From NCBI RefSeq assembly GCF_001194135.2, contig NC_068981.1, positions 72,299,156-72,363,155 of the forward strand: a stretch of DNA of 64,000 nucleotides, given 5' to 3'. A model generated the notes under the pieces. The model saw nothing but the letters and a program-made list of their open reading frames with translations. It made no database searches and had not been told where the DNA came from. Source of the stretch: Octopus bimaculoides (taxonomy: Eukaryota). The translations under genes and the position numbers were made by a program. Shown piece by piece: positions 36,868-49,222 of the stretch (position 1 is its first letter; every line of letters starts with the position of its first letter).

Positions 36868-37082
36868 TTAATGAGGTATCTGTTGTACAATACTATCAAT
36901 TTCATTATTTTTAAAAGTTTCAACTTCTTTTAAGCTATGAGAAATTATTTTATTGAAGCCCTCAAACAGAAAGTGTCCTTTGAAACATGAACCTTTTAAA
37001 AAGAGAGGAAACCAGTACTTGTCATCTGGCCACATTTGATGATAAGGGATCCGCTCTATGCTGAACCAACGTGGATGCATTT
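36868..37082 (-). CDS. NUDT1: 7,8-dihydro-8-oxoguanine triphosphatase (MTH1), last coding exon
   Basis: Acceptor CTAG|AA. Encodes (E)MHPRWFSIERIPYHQMWPDDKYWFPLFLKG...FEG (human: [29 protein letters not shown]). Confidence 0.95.
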
Positions 37083-38806
37083 CTAGTATTAAAAAAGAAA
37101 AGAGAAGGAGAGGAAAAAAATTAGGTCAAAGTATTTCAAATTTGATTCATAAAAATTCCTGTATAAATGAGTAACTAGTATTTCAGATAGCAAAATACAA
37201 ACCGAAAGAAATGTCTCATGCATGAATGACTTTCTATTAAAGATATACAAAAGGATAGTTCTTTCCTTGATACAGTGAATTACTGCATCTTGAAACAAAT
37301 TGGTTTCTAAGAGCTTCATAGAATTAGTGGACGAATGGTTAGAATGTAATGCAGATTTCCTCCAAGACTTGTATCTCCTAAATGGGACACAAATCAACAG
37401 AAGGGAGCATTTTCAGACCTGGTACTCATTTGGAGGACAGGGGGATGAGGCATTTAAAATCAAATATATATTTAAAATAACATATTGAAATGCCTAGATT
37501 TAGATTTGAACTAAAGACCTATGAACTGGTTACCTATTTTAATTCTATACTGGATTATAATACTGGACTACTGTGAATAAGTACAAGCATGACCAGGTGG
37601 TTAAGAAGCTTGCTTTTGAACTATGTGTTTAGGGGTTCAGTTCCATTGCATGGTTTGCTGTTGTTCTATATTATAGCCATGAGTTAAGTTGAGTAAAATT
37701 AATGGATGGAAACTGAAGAAGCCCAGAGAATGTATGTGAGAGTGCACATATATCATCATTTAATGTTTGCCTTTCATGCTGGAAAGACTGGGGGGGAGCC
37801 ACAACAGATTCCATTGTCTGTTTTGGCAAGGTTTCTACAGCTGGATGCCTTTCTTAATGCCAACCACTTTACAGAGTGTACACATGTATATTTATATATA
37901 CTGTGTATTTGTATTTCTCCCTGTCTTCACATGCATTCACTGACTGTACACAACAGTTTCACTGCTTAAGAGATAGTAATGTTTGCATGTCTGGGCTCCT
38001 TGATATGCTGCACAGTATTTGTAAACAAAAGAATTGTTCAAATGGTGCTGTCTGTTTACAACTGTCAATGCAACCATGTCCAGGCTATTCAGTGCTCAAT
38101 AAACCAGGGGTGTTACCTTGCTTGCAAATGTGGGGTATCTAGCTCAATATAGTCTCACCTGACCTATGCTGGCACAGAAAAGAAATTCAGTTTTCACAGT
38201 TGGCACTGAGGTGTTTCCTTGGCTCAAAGTACATCACTTACTCCACTTATCTTCATCAGCTCATAATATGGATTGGGATTGTTAGTAAGTTCATATGGTG
38301 GCAAAAGTGTCTCACTCAACAACTTAGATCTCTATATTTGAAATACTATGGTGGTGGTGGTAGAGATTTAACCTCAGGTTAGTCCTGATCAAGCACATCT
38401 ACAATGAAAGGCAATCCATCTATGACCATATTGTCCTTTCTCAGATATTATACATCCAGGATTACATTTTGCAAGATTTCCTTTCTTTTTGTTCTTTAAG
38501 AATTTAGACAGGTGAAAATACTCAAATTACATTGAATCACAAGAGCTATAACTTCAGGACTGACATTAACTCACAGAAAGCTAATGAAATATTCAATAAT
38601 TTTACTGCTCACAGAAGTAAAATGTTCCATCTTGTGACACCTATTTACAAGTAGGTAAACTAAGCTGTAGGGAATTAAATACCACAATCGTAGTGACAGG
38701 ATGTGAAAAATTCTTGAAAAAATAATTCAGATGATTTGATCATTTGTAGTTCAATAGTAGCAAGTACTGGAAGTAGCAGAAGAAAGCAACAATTTTATTC
38801 ATTTAC

Positions 38807-38952
38807 CTTCACTCTCTGCAGGAATTCCTTCAAAAGAATCAGTCTTAAATACATGAACTTCCATAATTTCAGGATTTCCCAAAAATTCAAAATCTAGCTC
38901 TCCAATTTTATCAAGACAACCTGCTACCAGACCACATTCTTCAAGTAATTCT
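38807..38952 (-). CDS. NUDT1: NUDT1 middle coding exon
   Basis: TTTTAG|A...GAAG|GTAAAT, 146 nt. Encodes (R)ELLEECGLVAGCLDKIGELDFEFLGNPEIMEVHVFKTDSFEGIPAESE. Confidence 0.95.
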
Positions 38953-40159
38953 CTAAAATTAAAGTGGAATATTAAAACAAAATTTTGTATCAACAAATAG
39001 TAAATATTATACAAAAGCAATATAGCTATTAACCTGTCTCAAATTGTATTTAGTATTACAAATTTATATTCTTAGAAAGACTGAACTTTGTAGGATACTT
39101 CAAACAATGGCTTTCATGAAAAGAAATAAGTGAATATAAAAAAACAAAAAACAAAACAATAAGTCAACACAGTCTGAGTCTAATTTCAAAAACTATTTCA
39201 TGTAGATCCCTAGTTTATTGCAGATATTTTACATGATACCATAAATATATGTGTATAACTATGCAGTTTTGCTGTGATGACTGATTAAACACAAAATAAA
39301 ATTGTCATATGCAATGTGGTGAAGCATATAAAACTTTTTGTTAAAAACATATTTGGCATTCATAATTTTATATCTGTCTTTTTTTTTTAAATTTTAAGCC
39401 TCTGATATAATTTTTATAAAGTGCATGAATGAGAGCGAACATGTGAATCAGTCATTCTGTATTGAAGAGACTTTAACAAGAATTAAACTTGAAATAGTTC
39501 AGTGGCAGATGATACTTTGTTATTAAAACAAATTTAATCTGGAAGAATCCTTAAAGAAAGAAATATTTACATAAATCTAGTGGTTAGGATTCCTGGCTTT
39601 CACATAGGCTTCCTGGCTTTCACATAGGCTGTCTGGGCTCAATTCCCAGCACGAGGACACATTCTTTCATAGGTGCAGTCATGGGTGTGCGGTAAGAAGC
39701 TGGCTTCCCAACCACATGGTTTCGGGTTCAGTCCCACTGTATGGCACCTTTGGCAAGTATGTTCTATTATAGCACCAGCATGGCTGCAATTTAACAACTG
39801 AAACAAGAAATAAATCCTTTTTCTTTTGTCTTTAAGACAGGGTTTATTTACCAAAGAATTTCAGACTGGAGGCATGTCTCTCATATAAAGGCCAAGATGA
39901 ATAGCTTTAATTTTACAGACTGTTACAAGACTTAAACAGGAATGGAGAAACTGAAATCCATTGGTTAGCTATTACTTTTTTTTCCCCATCACATGTAGTG
40001 TCTGGAGGAAGAATTCTTACTCGTGCCCTTGGTAGGTCTTCATATATCATAGAGACGGATGTCAATGTTCCACTTGAACCTTTGCAAATCAACATCTGTG
40101 GGGAAACATGACCAAGGAGGGAATTTCTAAGAGCTAATATTCTGAAAAGGAGGATTATG

Positions 40160-41199
40160 CTTGGTGATTAGTCTGGGCCCTGGGCCCTGGGGTCTTGTAT
40201 GAAACAAGAAGGATGAAATGTGTGTCTGAATAGCTGAATGGAGGTGACATAAGTCCAGCCAGTTCCAAAGAGCAGAGACAATTATAGTAATGGTTGAAAA
40301 GGAAGAGATAGAAGGTAGTACATGTGTACAGAAGAAGCTGGAGTGTGTCTGTGAGTAACTGAATGCAAATCAATAGAGAGATTACTTTTGCATGCAGATT
40401 AAAATGCTTGTGTGCAGCAGATGCCTTGTTCCAGATTTGAGAGCTATACTCCATTGTGGGTTTCACCTGAACAGTTTAGAGTGTCATTGCTTGTTGGGTG
40501 CTGAAGGATCTTCTGGGCATGAAGAGAAAGGCCCATTGTTAGGGCAGCAGACCTAGCTATGTCAAGGATGTGTTTTTTTGTCAGGAAAGATCCTCAGTGA
40601 TAGTGATGCCCAACATTTGGAATGATTATGAAGGAAATAATTGCATGCTGTCCTTGATTAACTGGAGTTTGGCGCAGTGATGTTTTCTTGCTGTTCAAAA
40701 AGACAAGAATGGCATAACCTTATTAATTGGGAAGGTGTTTCAAACTCTCTGCTCATAGAACCATGGAAGAATAAAAGATAGTGAAGTCTGCTTAAGAGTG
40801 AGCATTGATTTATATGACAGCAAGAAAGACACTGATGTATGGAAGGAAAACTAGAGAACAAAACTGAACCCTGGAGTATACTGGGAAAGTCAGACTACAG
40901 GGTGTAAAAGAGCTCCATCAACACATGCAAAGGGATGAGAGATGGTTGAAGGATGTAACGGGGCAGTTTGCTGATGCCAAAGGTGACATTTTCTTCTAGT
41001 AGATGGCATAGAAAAGTCATCAGTAGATTTAAATTAATAGAAACTGCACTTGTGGTCATTAATGAGAGAGAGAGAGAAAGAAAAAAGAGAAAGACAGGAA
41101 GAGAAAGACAGAAAGAGAAAGAGGAGATAGATAGATAGAGAGAGAAAGAGAGAAAGACAGAAAGAGAAAGAAAAAAGAAAAAAGATAAAGAAAAAAGAG

Positions 41200-41231
<32 letters not shown>

Positions 41232-41440
41232 AAGAAAGAAAGAAAGAGAAAGAGAGAGAAAAGAAGAGAAAGAGAGGGAGAGATCCAAGGTGTTGGAATA
41301 CACCATTGATAATGGCTGTCATATTAGAAATACTGGAAATGAGTGCGATAGGGTCAGAGATGGCAGGGTCAGAGAGGTTGTCTTTCTTGGGAACAAGGGA
41401 CATTTTTGCAGGTTTTCAAAGATCAGACATCTGTCCTCTT
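40160..41440 (-). mobile_element. Degenerate CR1-like LINE ORF2 (RT and C-terminus) interrupted by a (GA)n/(GAAA)n tract
   Basis: VPKKDNLSDPAISDPIALISSIS (PIAL.S motif), ILQGSVL, KPTMEYSSQIW...LFNHYYNCLCSLELA. Confidence 0.7.
41064..41282. repeat. Purine-rich (GA)n/(GAAA)n/(GATA)n compound microsatellite
   Basis: Direct reading. Confidence 0.9.
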
Positions 41441-42077
41441 GCACCTACTCTACAACATTATTCTAAAAATATACAATCACATCAAGAAAATCTTAAAGCT
41501 ATGAGACAATGCATGATTAATTCAAAACAATGTGAATAAATGAGTATTAGATTGGACAGAGTAATCTGAATGCTAAAGGATTAAAAATATAATCGTAGAC
41601 ACACTCCCTAAAATGCTTTTGATCATATCTATGTTCATTCAGAAATCCCCTTTAGAGGAGGAAGATGAGGAGTAGAAAAAGCAGCAGTAGCACATGAAGT
41701 TTATGCAAATAAAAAAAAAAAGAAAAAGATAAAGTAATGAAATAGGTAACATGTTTAGCCCCAGGTTACTCTTAAATGTGCAGACCTTAGGATCAAAGGT
41801 ATACTATCTTATCTTTATTTCAGGCAGTGTTCCAGGGATATTATTAGTTAAGCATCTTTAAGATGGTAGTGCATAATTTGGTGGGAATGTGGCTGTTCTT
41901 TCTAGCAGGTCGTGTAACTGCACAGAAGTTCCACTCATAGTCACCATATATCGGGTGATAATCACCATATAAAATATCAGATGATGGTACAAACTGATTT
42001 GCTTCATAGTTCATCTCTGATTTATAGATATACTTATCTCTACACCTGAGAATGTATTTTAATTTTGTTTTTCTTAC

Positions 42078-42241
42078 CTCTTGGCTCCATCTTCAATGGT
42101 TTCTTCTCCAACTTTTACTTTACCTCCAAAACCATTCCAGTTGCCTTTGCCAAAACCACGTTTTTTCATACCAAGTAGCACTCGACTTGACTCTCTGATA
42201 AGAACCAATGTCAGAATCTTTCTGCTTTGAGCTTGGCACAT
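42078..42241 (-). CDS. NUDT1: NUDT1 first coding exon (not called in this frame by the ORF track)
   Basis: Acceptor CTTTCAG|GA, ATG at 42241 and donor AG|GTAAG. Encodes [54 protein letters not shown]. The spliced CDS is 174 aa. The upstream acceptor implies a non-coding first exon. Confidence 0.95.
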
Positions 42242-42571
42242 TCCTGAAAGACATAGATATAAAGATTATTAGACAATGAGAATGATAGTTAGAAAAAGGA
42301 AAACGAAAAAAAAAGTTATCCCTGGTGTTCTGAGAGCAGATTATGATTAAAAGCAATTTAGCAATAATCATCCCAACGTTTTAAGGGGCTTATATGACTA
42401 CACACTCATATCACACCCTGACATTGCAGAGTGTGATTAGGCTGCTACTTCTAGCATGTAGGCCTTTTCATTCACTTCAGAAAGAAAAAAAGCCTGACAG
42501 AAATTTGATTTCTTGAAATACTGAATATAAGATTATATATTAAAACCATGTAAATGTAACTTGGAGCTGAA

Positions 42572-42806
42572 TCATCATCATCATCATCATCATCGTTTAA
42601 CGTCCGCTTTCCATGCTAGCATGGGTTGGACGATTTGACTGAGGACTGGTGAAACCGGATGGCAACACCAGGCTCCAGTCTGATTTGGCAGAGTTTCTAC
42701 AGCTGGATGCCCTTCCTAACGCCAACCACTCAGAGAGTGTAGTGGGTGCTTTTACGTGTCACCCGCACGAAAACGGCCACGCTCGAAATGGTGTCTTTTA
42801 TGTGCC
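42572..42806 (-). mobile_element. 3' end of an RTE-tailed SINE/LINE ending in (GAT)n
   Basis: Reverse complement of 45060-45304 (...CCCATGCTAGCATGGAAAGCGGACGTTAAACGATGATG). Confidence 0.75.
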
Positions 42807-43289
42807 NNNNNNNNNNNNNNNNNNNNNNNNNNNNNNNNNNNNNNNNNNNNNNNNNNNNNNNNNNNNNNNNNNNNNNNNNNNNNNNNNNNNNNNNNNNNNN
42901 NNNNNNNNNNNNNNNNNNNNNNNNNNNNNNNNNNNNNNNNNNNNNNNNNNNNNNNNNNNNNNNNNNNNNNNNNNNNNNNNNNNNNNNNNNNNNNNNNNNN
43001 NNNNNNNNNNNNNNNNNNNNNNNNNNNNNNNNNNNNNNNNNNNNNNNNNNNNNNNNNNNNNNNNNNNNNNNNNNNNNNNNNNNNNNNNNNNNNNNNNNNN
43101 NNNNNNNNNNNNNNNNNNNNNNNNNNNNNNNNNNNNNNNNNNNNNNNNNNNNNNNNNNNNNNNNNNNNNNNNNNNNNNNNNNNNNNNNNNNNNNNNNNNN
43201 NNNNNNNNNNNNNNNNNNNNNNNNNNNNNNNNNNNNNNNNNNNNNNNNNNNNNNNNNNNNNNNNNNNNNNNNNNNNNNNNNNNNNNNNT

Positions 43290-43665
43290 ACAGCCCATGT
43301 TTCACTGCCATGTAGCATGGTTGTTCGTACGCATGCGTCATACAGTCTGCCTTTTACTCTGAGTGAGAGTCCCTTTGTCGCCAGCAGGGGTAAGAGCTCT
43401 CTAAACTTTGCCCAGGCTATTCTTATTCTAGCAGCTACACTTTCAGCGCACCCACCCCCACTACTAACTTGGTCGCCCAGATAGCGGAAGCTATCGACTA
43501 CCTCTAGTTTTTCACCCTGGAATGAGATAGAAGTTGTTTCCTGTTTGTTTGCAGTCTTTATTGCACCTGAACATCTGCCACAAACAAAAACTAACTTGCT
43601 AGTTAACCTGCCTTTGATGTTGCTGCACCTCTTATGTGTCCATAGCTTGCACATAAGAGGTGCAG
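43290..43665 (-). mobile_element. RTE-type LINE ORF fragment (post-RT region with a Cys/His PHD-like insert)
   Basis: CKLWTHKRCSNIKGRL...FVCGRC...LEVVDSFRYLGD...RIRIAWAKFRELLPLL...KGRLYDACVRTTMLHGSETWAV. Confidence 0.85.
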
Positions 43666-43699
43666 CAACACAACGCATGGTAATAATAATAATAATAAA

Positions 43700-44230
43700 A
43701 ATAATACTCTCTACTATAAACACAAGGCCTGAAATTTGGAGCATGTGTGTGTGTGGGGAGGGGTATGATCTAATCGATTACATCAACCCCAATAAATGAA
43801 TGATACTTATTTCATTGATCCTGAAACAATGAATGGCAAAATTTGAACTCAGAATGTAAAGGACAAATTAGCACTAAGCATTTTGTCTGGTGTGCTAATG
43901 ATTCTGCCAGCTTACTATAATAATAATAATAATAAATAAAAACTGCTGATCTACTGTATATAAATAGTAGAATATTTATTTCTTATTGCCCACAGAGGGC
44001 TAAACATAGAGGTGACAAACAAGGACAAAGGGATTAAGTCGATTACATCAACCCCAGTAGTTTTCAGGGGAGGGGTTAGTCAATATCATTGATCCCTTGA
44101 ACTTGACTGATAGTTTATTTTGTTGAACTCAGTGGGGACAAAAGTTGACCCTAACAAGATTTAAACTCAGAATGTAAAGAGCTGGAAGAAATACTACAAA
44201 GCAATTTTTCCACAATGCTTTTATGATTCT
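43700..44230 (-). mobile_element. Cluster of type A SINE copies, including a Tx1-like tail fragment (43978-44060)
   Basis: Reverse complements of the SINE core and tail sequences. Confidence 0.65.
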
Positions 44231-44803
44231 CAAGCATTTTATTTGACACAATTATTCTGTCAAATTATTGCCCTAATAATTAAAATAATAATTGTTGGAC
44301 CTAACTGAGATAAGGGCTTGAGGCTTCTAGCGATTTGCTGTCAAACTAAGTAAAATCATGGCCATCCATACGTACAGACATGTCCTTTATGAACCATTCT
44401 TTTAGTTGCTTTTATGGCATAGAGGAAAGATTAGGTCTATCTATTCTTTGGCATGCTGGTCCCCACACAACACAAGACAATAGGAAATCTATTTCACATA
44501 TCTGTCTAAAAGTGTGATTTAAGGTATTTAAGATATATATGCAAATATACCCGAATTTCAGTGTTAGTTTTAATTTAATAGCCATAGTTAAAATATTTAA
44601 AATTTCCTCTACGATACAAGGGAGACAACTACAAATTCCAACAAAATTGTTTTTGACGCCATACAATATTTAGGAAAACAAACGCATGTATATATTAGTT
44701 TGTGACGTTATATACATCGTAAAGATTTGAGAAATATGTACGTTATTATTAATTAAATCCTTTCAGCAATGTATTTTCAAAATAGTATAAGCATAGGTAA
44801 ACA

Positions 44804-45304
44804 AACTCCACTTGCGAAGACCTGTTGAGGCAAGTGAAATCGAAATCGAATTAAATTCGACGACTGGCACCCATGCCAACGTCGTCTCCTTCATTGGACA
44901 CGAAACTCAGCTTGCGAAGACTTATTGGGGCAAGCGAAATCGTGATGGCACCTGTGCCCAGCGACGCCTTTCTGGCACTTGTGCCCGCGGCATGTGTAAG
45001 GACTTTCGAGCGAGATCGTTGCCAGTGCTCCTGGACTGGCTCTTGTGCGGGTGGCACATAAAATACACCATTTCGAGCGTGGCCGTTGCCAGTACCGTCT
45101 GACTGGCCTTCTTGCCGGTGGCACGTAAAAGCACCCACTACACTCTCTGAGTGGTTGGCGTTAGGAAGGGCATCCAGCTGTAGAAACTCTGCCAAATCAG
45201 ATTGGAGCCTGGTGTAGCCATCTGGTTTCACCAGTCCTCAGTCAAATCATCCAACCCATGCTAGCATGGAAAGCGGACGTTAAACGACGACGACGATGAT
45301 GATG
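44804..45304 (+). mobile_element. RTE-tailed non-autonomous SINE-like element (type C), long copy
   Basis: Contains GTGGTTGGCGTTAGGAAGGGCATCCAGCTGTAGAAAC and ends GCGGACGTTAAACGACGACGACGATGATGATG. Copies at 42572, 46087, 56570 and 57510. Confidence 0.75.
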
Positions 45305-45623
45305 TAATATGTCAACACAGAGCAATTTGTTCAAAGCAAGATTGAATGTGATAAAATGTCATAAAAGTATTTGTACAATTAGGTAATATTTCAGAGCAAT
45401 AATATGTCTACCTTTATTCTTATACAACTTGAAAGCACAGCAAAATAGAAGGAAAATTAGTTATACATGGTGTCCACAAAGTCTGGGTACATGGGGATTA
45501 ACACATACTTTAAGAAATTATTATTTCTTATATTTAATTGTTTGTGTTATGATTTGTATACATGCATGTATTTTTATTTAAGTGTGTGTATATGTACCTA
45601 TAAAGATGTCGACATGGTTTATG

Positions 45624-45658
<35 letters not shown>

Positions 45659-46086
45659 CGTAAGGAGAGAATTTTGTCTCCACATTTTATTACCTAGGGA
45701 GATTAAATACTGACCAGTTTTTCAACCTCGTCAGTCACCCACGCGGGTCTGCGTTTTTAAATATGTGTGTGTATTGTATGTTTATATGTATAAGTATACA
45801 CCCACACCTTTCTTCACCATTGCTTCTTTTGCTTGTCGTTTCTGTTGAAGTTGTTCTTGTAACTGTTGCCATAGTCCATGTTGTTCATATTTTTATTTTC
45901 TTTGATTTCTTTCGTTTTTCTCTTATCTTCCTAGGAAATTTGACGACAAGCTTCTTTCATTTACTTTCTTCGTTTCTTTTAAATATATTCAAGGTACACC
46001 ACAGGCTTGTGGCCACTTAAATTCATGGGCCTTGGGAAACCGCCCTGGCTGACCCCACCTTTTCTCAGTGGGACTGTATATACATA

Positions 46087-46402
46087 CATCATCATCATCA
46101 TCGTCTAACGTCCGCTTTCCATGCTAGCATGGGTTGGATTATTTGACTGAGGACTGGTGAACCAGATGGCAACACCAGGTACCAATCTGATTTGGCAGAG
46201 TTTCTACGGCTGGATGCCCTTCCTAACGCCAACCACCCAGAGAGTGTAGTGGGTGCTTTTACGTGCCACCGGCACGAAGGCCAGTCAGGAGGTACTGGCA
46301 ACGGCCACGCTCGAAATGGTGTATTTTATGTGCCACCAGAACCAGTCCAGGAGCCCTGGCAACGATCTCGCTCGAAAATCCTTACACATGTCACAGGCAC
46401 AA
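46087..46402 (-). mobile_element. Type C element, 3' portion
   Basis: Reverse complement of 44990-45304. Confidence 0.75.
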
Positions 46403-46799
46403 GGTGTGTATGTGTGTGTGTGTTTGCAAATGGACTCTTCCCAACAGAACTATCTTTGAAAAAGCTTTCTCAAAAAGAGAATACTTAAGATTTAACTCTA
46501 CAACAAATCTTCAAAATTGTGATGTTTGTTTTATATTATAAAGATAGTATTTATATTAGTTCTTAAAATGTTCTAAATGTAAATTGATCCCAAGAAAAAT
46601 TAATAAGATAAGACTTTTATATAAAGCTCACTTGAAAAAAAAATGTTTTTTTTTTATATATGGGAGATAATCCAAGTTTTTAGTGGGGAGACAACCCCAT
46701 TGTTTAATTGGGGGGGGGGGATAACTAAAAATTACCATAGCTTTTCCCAACCAAATTTGAGGCCTTGTACCTATAGTAGAAAAGATTATTGTATTAAAT

Positions 46800-48415
46800 G
46801 AAGGTAGCAAGCTGGCAGAATAGTTATCACGCTGGGAAAATGCATAGCGGCATTTCTTGCAGGTCTTAACGTTCTAAGTTCAATTGCCACCGAAGTTGAT
46901 TTTGTCTTTCATCTTTTTGAGGTTGATGAATTAAATGTCAGTTGAACATCAGGGACAATGTAACCGACTAAGCCCGCCCCCAACAAATTTCAGGCCTTGT
47001 GCGCATTATAGAAAATATTGTTATATTAAATGCACTGGATCGCAAGGACAATAACAAGGACAAAATGTCTTGTGGTATCCAAGACCCTTTATATATGCAT
47101 TCATGTCCTACTAGAAGGCAACTTTGGCTCTCAAACTTTTGAGATCAATAAAGTACTTGTTAGTTTATTGGGATGAGAATAAGCTATACTTTCTCTAAAA
47201 TTGGTGACAGTTTGCCAATGTAAGAAATTATTAGGAAACAGAATTAAGGTAGCAAGCTGGCAGAATCATTAGCATGTGAGGCAAAATGGCATTTTGTCCA
47301 TCTTTACATTCTGAGTTCAAATTCCGCCATGCTCGACTTTGCCTTTCAACCTTTTGGAGTCGATAAAATAAGTACAAATTGAATACTGGGTCAAGATATT
47401 CAATTTATCCCCCTCCTTGAACTTGCTGGCCTAATGCCAAAATTTGAAAGCGTTAAGAAACAGAATAAATGAAGGAAGAGAAGAAATGAAGCCTGGAAAA
47501 AGAACAAAGGATACCATCATTCCTTTAACATCCACGTATCCATGCTTGCATGGGTCGGACAGAATTTACCAGGGTAGATTTTCTACAGCCTTTCCTGCTG
47601 CCATATTTACCTGTTTCTAAGAATGTAATATTTTCCTGCGGCCAAGCATATTTTTGCAAAATACTGGAAATTAACAACACTGCTAGTTATAACAGTGATA
47701 CTCATTTACAGCTAACATGCTATATCAAGAGAAAGCAACACACACAAGCGTATACATTTGTGGGCCTAAGCTATAGTAAAAAACACTTGCCCAAGGTGCC
47801 CAGCAGTGAGACTGAACCCAAAACGATGTGATTGAGAAGTAAACTTAACCTCACAACTCCACTTGCACTTGTGGATAGCAATGGGAGAATATCAAACAAA
47901 ATGCTGTGATACTGGTATTTAATAAAATACACATCAATGAACATTTCCTTCCCCTACAATATATATAATATATATACATACACACACACATATACATAAA
48001 TAAAATCATTATAATTAGCAGCATTCCATCTGTTCTGAGTTCAAATTCAGCTAAGGTTGATTTTATCTTTTATCCTTTTGGGGTTGATGAAATAAGTACC
48101 AGTTGGGCAACGAGGTAGGACTGTCCCCCTCCTACAAAATTTCAAGCATCGTGCCAACAGTAGAAAGGATTATTATTGTTATAATTAAAGTGGTGAGCTG
48201 ACAGAATTGTTGGCACCAAGGACAAAATGCTCGGCGGCATTTCTTCCAGTGCTTTATGATCTGACTTACTGCTGATGTCAACTTTGCCATTCATCCTTTC
48301 AGGGTTGATAAAATAAAGTACCGATCAAGTACTGTGAAGTGGGGATCGATGTTATTAACTAATCCACCCCCACCCCCGCCTAAAGTTGCTGACCTTGGGC
48401 CAAAATTTGAAACCA
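46800..48415 (+). mobile_element. Cluster of degenerate type A SINEs (about 46800-47020, 47245-47450, 48030-48175, 48190-48415)
   Basis: Repeated AGCTGGCAGAAT head, GAGTTCAAATTC box and CCTTT(C/T)GGGGTTGAT core. Confidence 0.65.
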
Positions 48416-48816
48416 AAGGCTAAATTGTTACCATATTGGTCAAAACAGCTAACAGTATTTCTTCTAGCTCGTTATGATCTTAGTTCAAATTCTGCAGGGG
48501 TAAACTTTGCTGTTCATAGTTCGAGGTAGGGTGTATTAAAATGAAGTACCAATTTATTACTGGAATCAATGGCACAACCTTTCACCTCAAAATTACTTGC
48601 TTTGTGCCAAAATTTGAAAGTAGCAGCCACAACACTACTACTAAAGTGACAAAACCATCAAGAACTGGACTGAACAAATTGCTATACAATAATCCCTTGC
48701 CATATTGTGGTTTATTATTTAAGCTTACGTTGATTCCTCTGTGATGTTGTTTTGCATTTATAATAAAATAACTATATACAAATTATGAAAATAAAAAAAT
48801 ATACAGCCTATATATA

Positions 48817-48979
48817 GGCGCAGGAGTGGCTGTGTGGTTAGTAGCTTGCTTACCAACCACATGGTTCCGGGTTCAGTCCCACTGCGTGACACCATGGGCA
48901 AGTGTCATCTACTATAGCCTCGGGCCGACCAAAGCCTTGTGACTGGATTTGGTAGACAGAAACTGAAAGAAGCCCGTCG

Positions 48980-49014
<35 letters not shown>

Positions 49015-49222
49015 ATATGTTTGTGTGTCTGTGTTTGTCCCCCCAACATCGCTTGACAACCGATGCTGGTGTCTTTACGTCCCCGTAACTTAGCGGTTCG
49101 GCAAAAGAGACCGATAGAATAAGTATTGGGCTTCCAAAGAATAAGTCCTGGGGTCGATTTGCTCGACTAAAGGTGGTGCTCCAGCATGGCTGCAGTCAAA
49201 TGACTGAAACAAGTAAAAGAGT
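48817..49222 (+). mobile_element. Full-length tRNA-derived SINE (type B) with an internal (TA)/(TG) tract
   Basis: A-box-like GGCTGTGTGGTTAG, B-box-like GGGTTCAGTCCC, tail ...GACTGAAACAAGTAAAAGAGTA. Minus-strand copies at about 50090-50290, 51320-51620 and 60145-60905. Confidence 0.8.

Noticed and set aside
39590-39629. 20-bp tandem duplication (also a 17-bp repeat at 53416/53474)
   Set aside because: Ordinary slippage-scale duplications. Two units with no spacer array, so not CRISPR-like.
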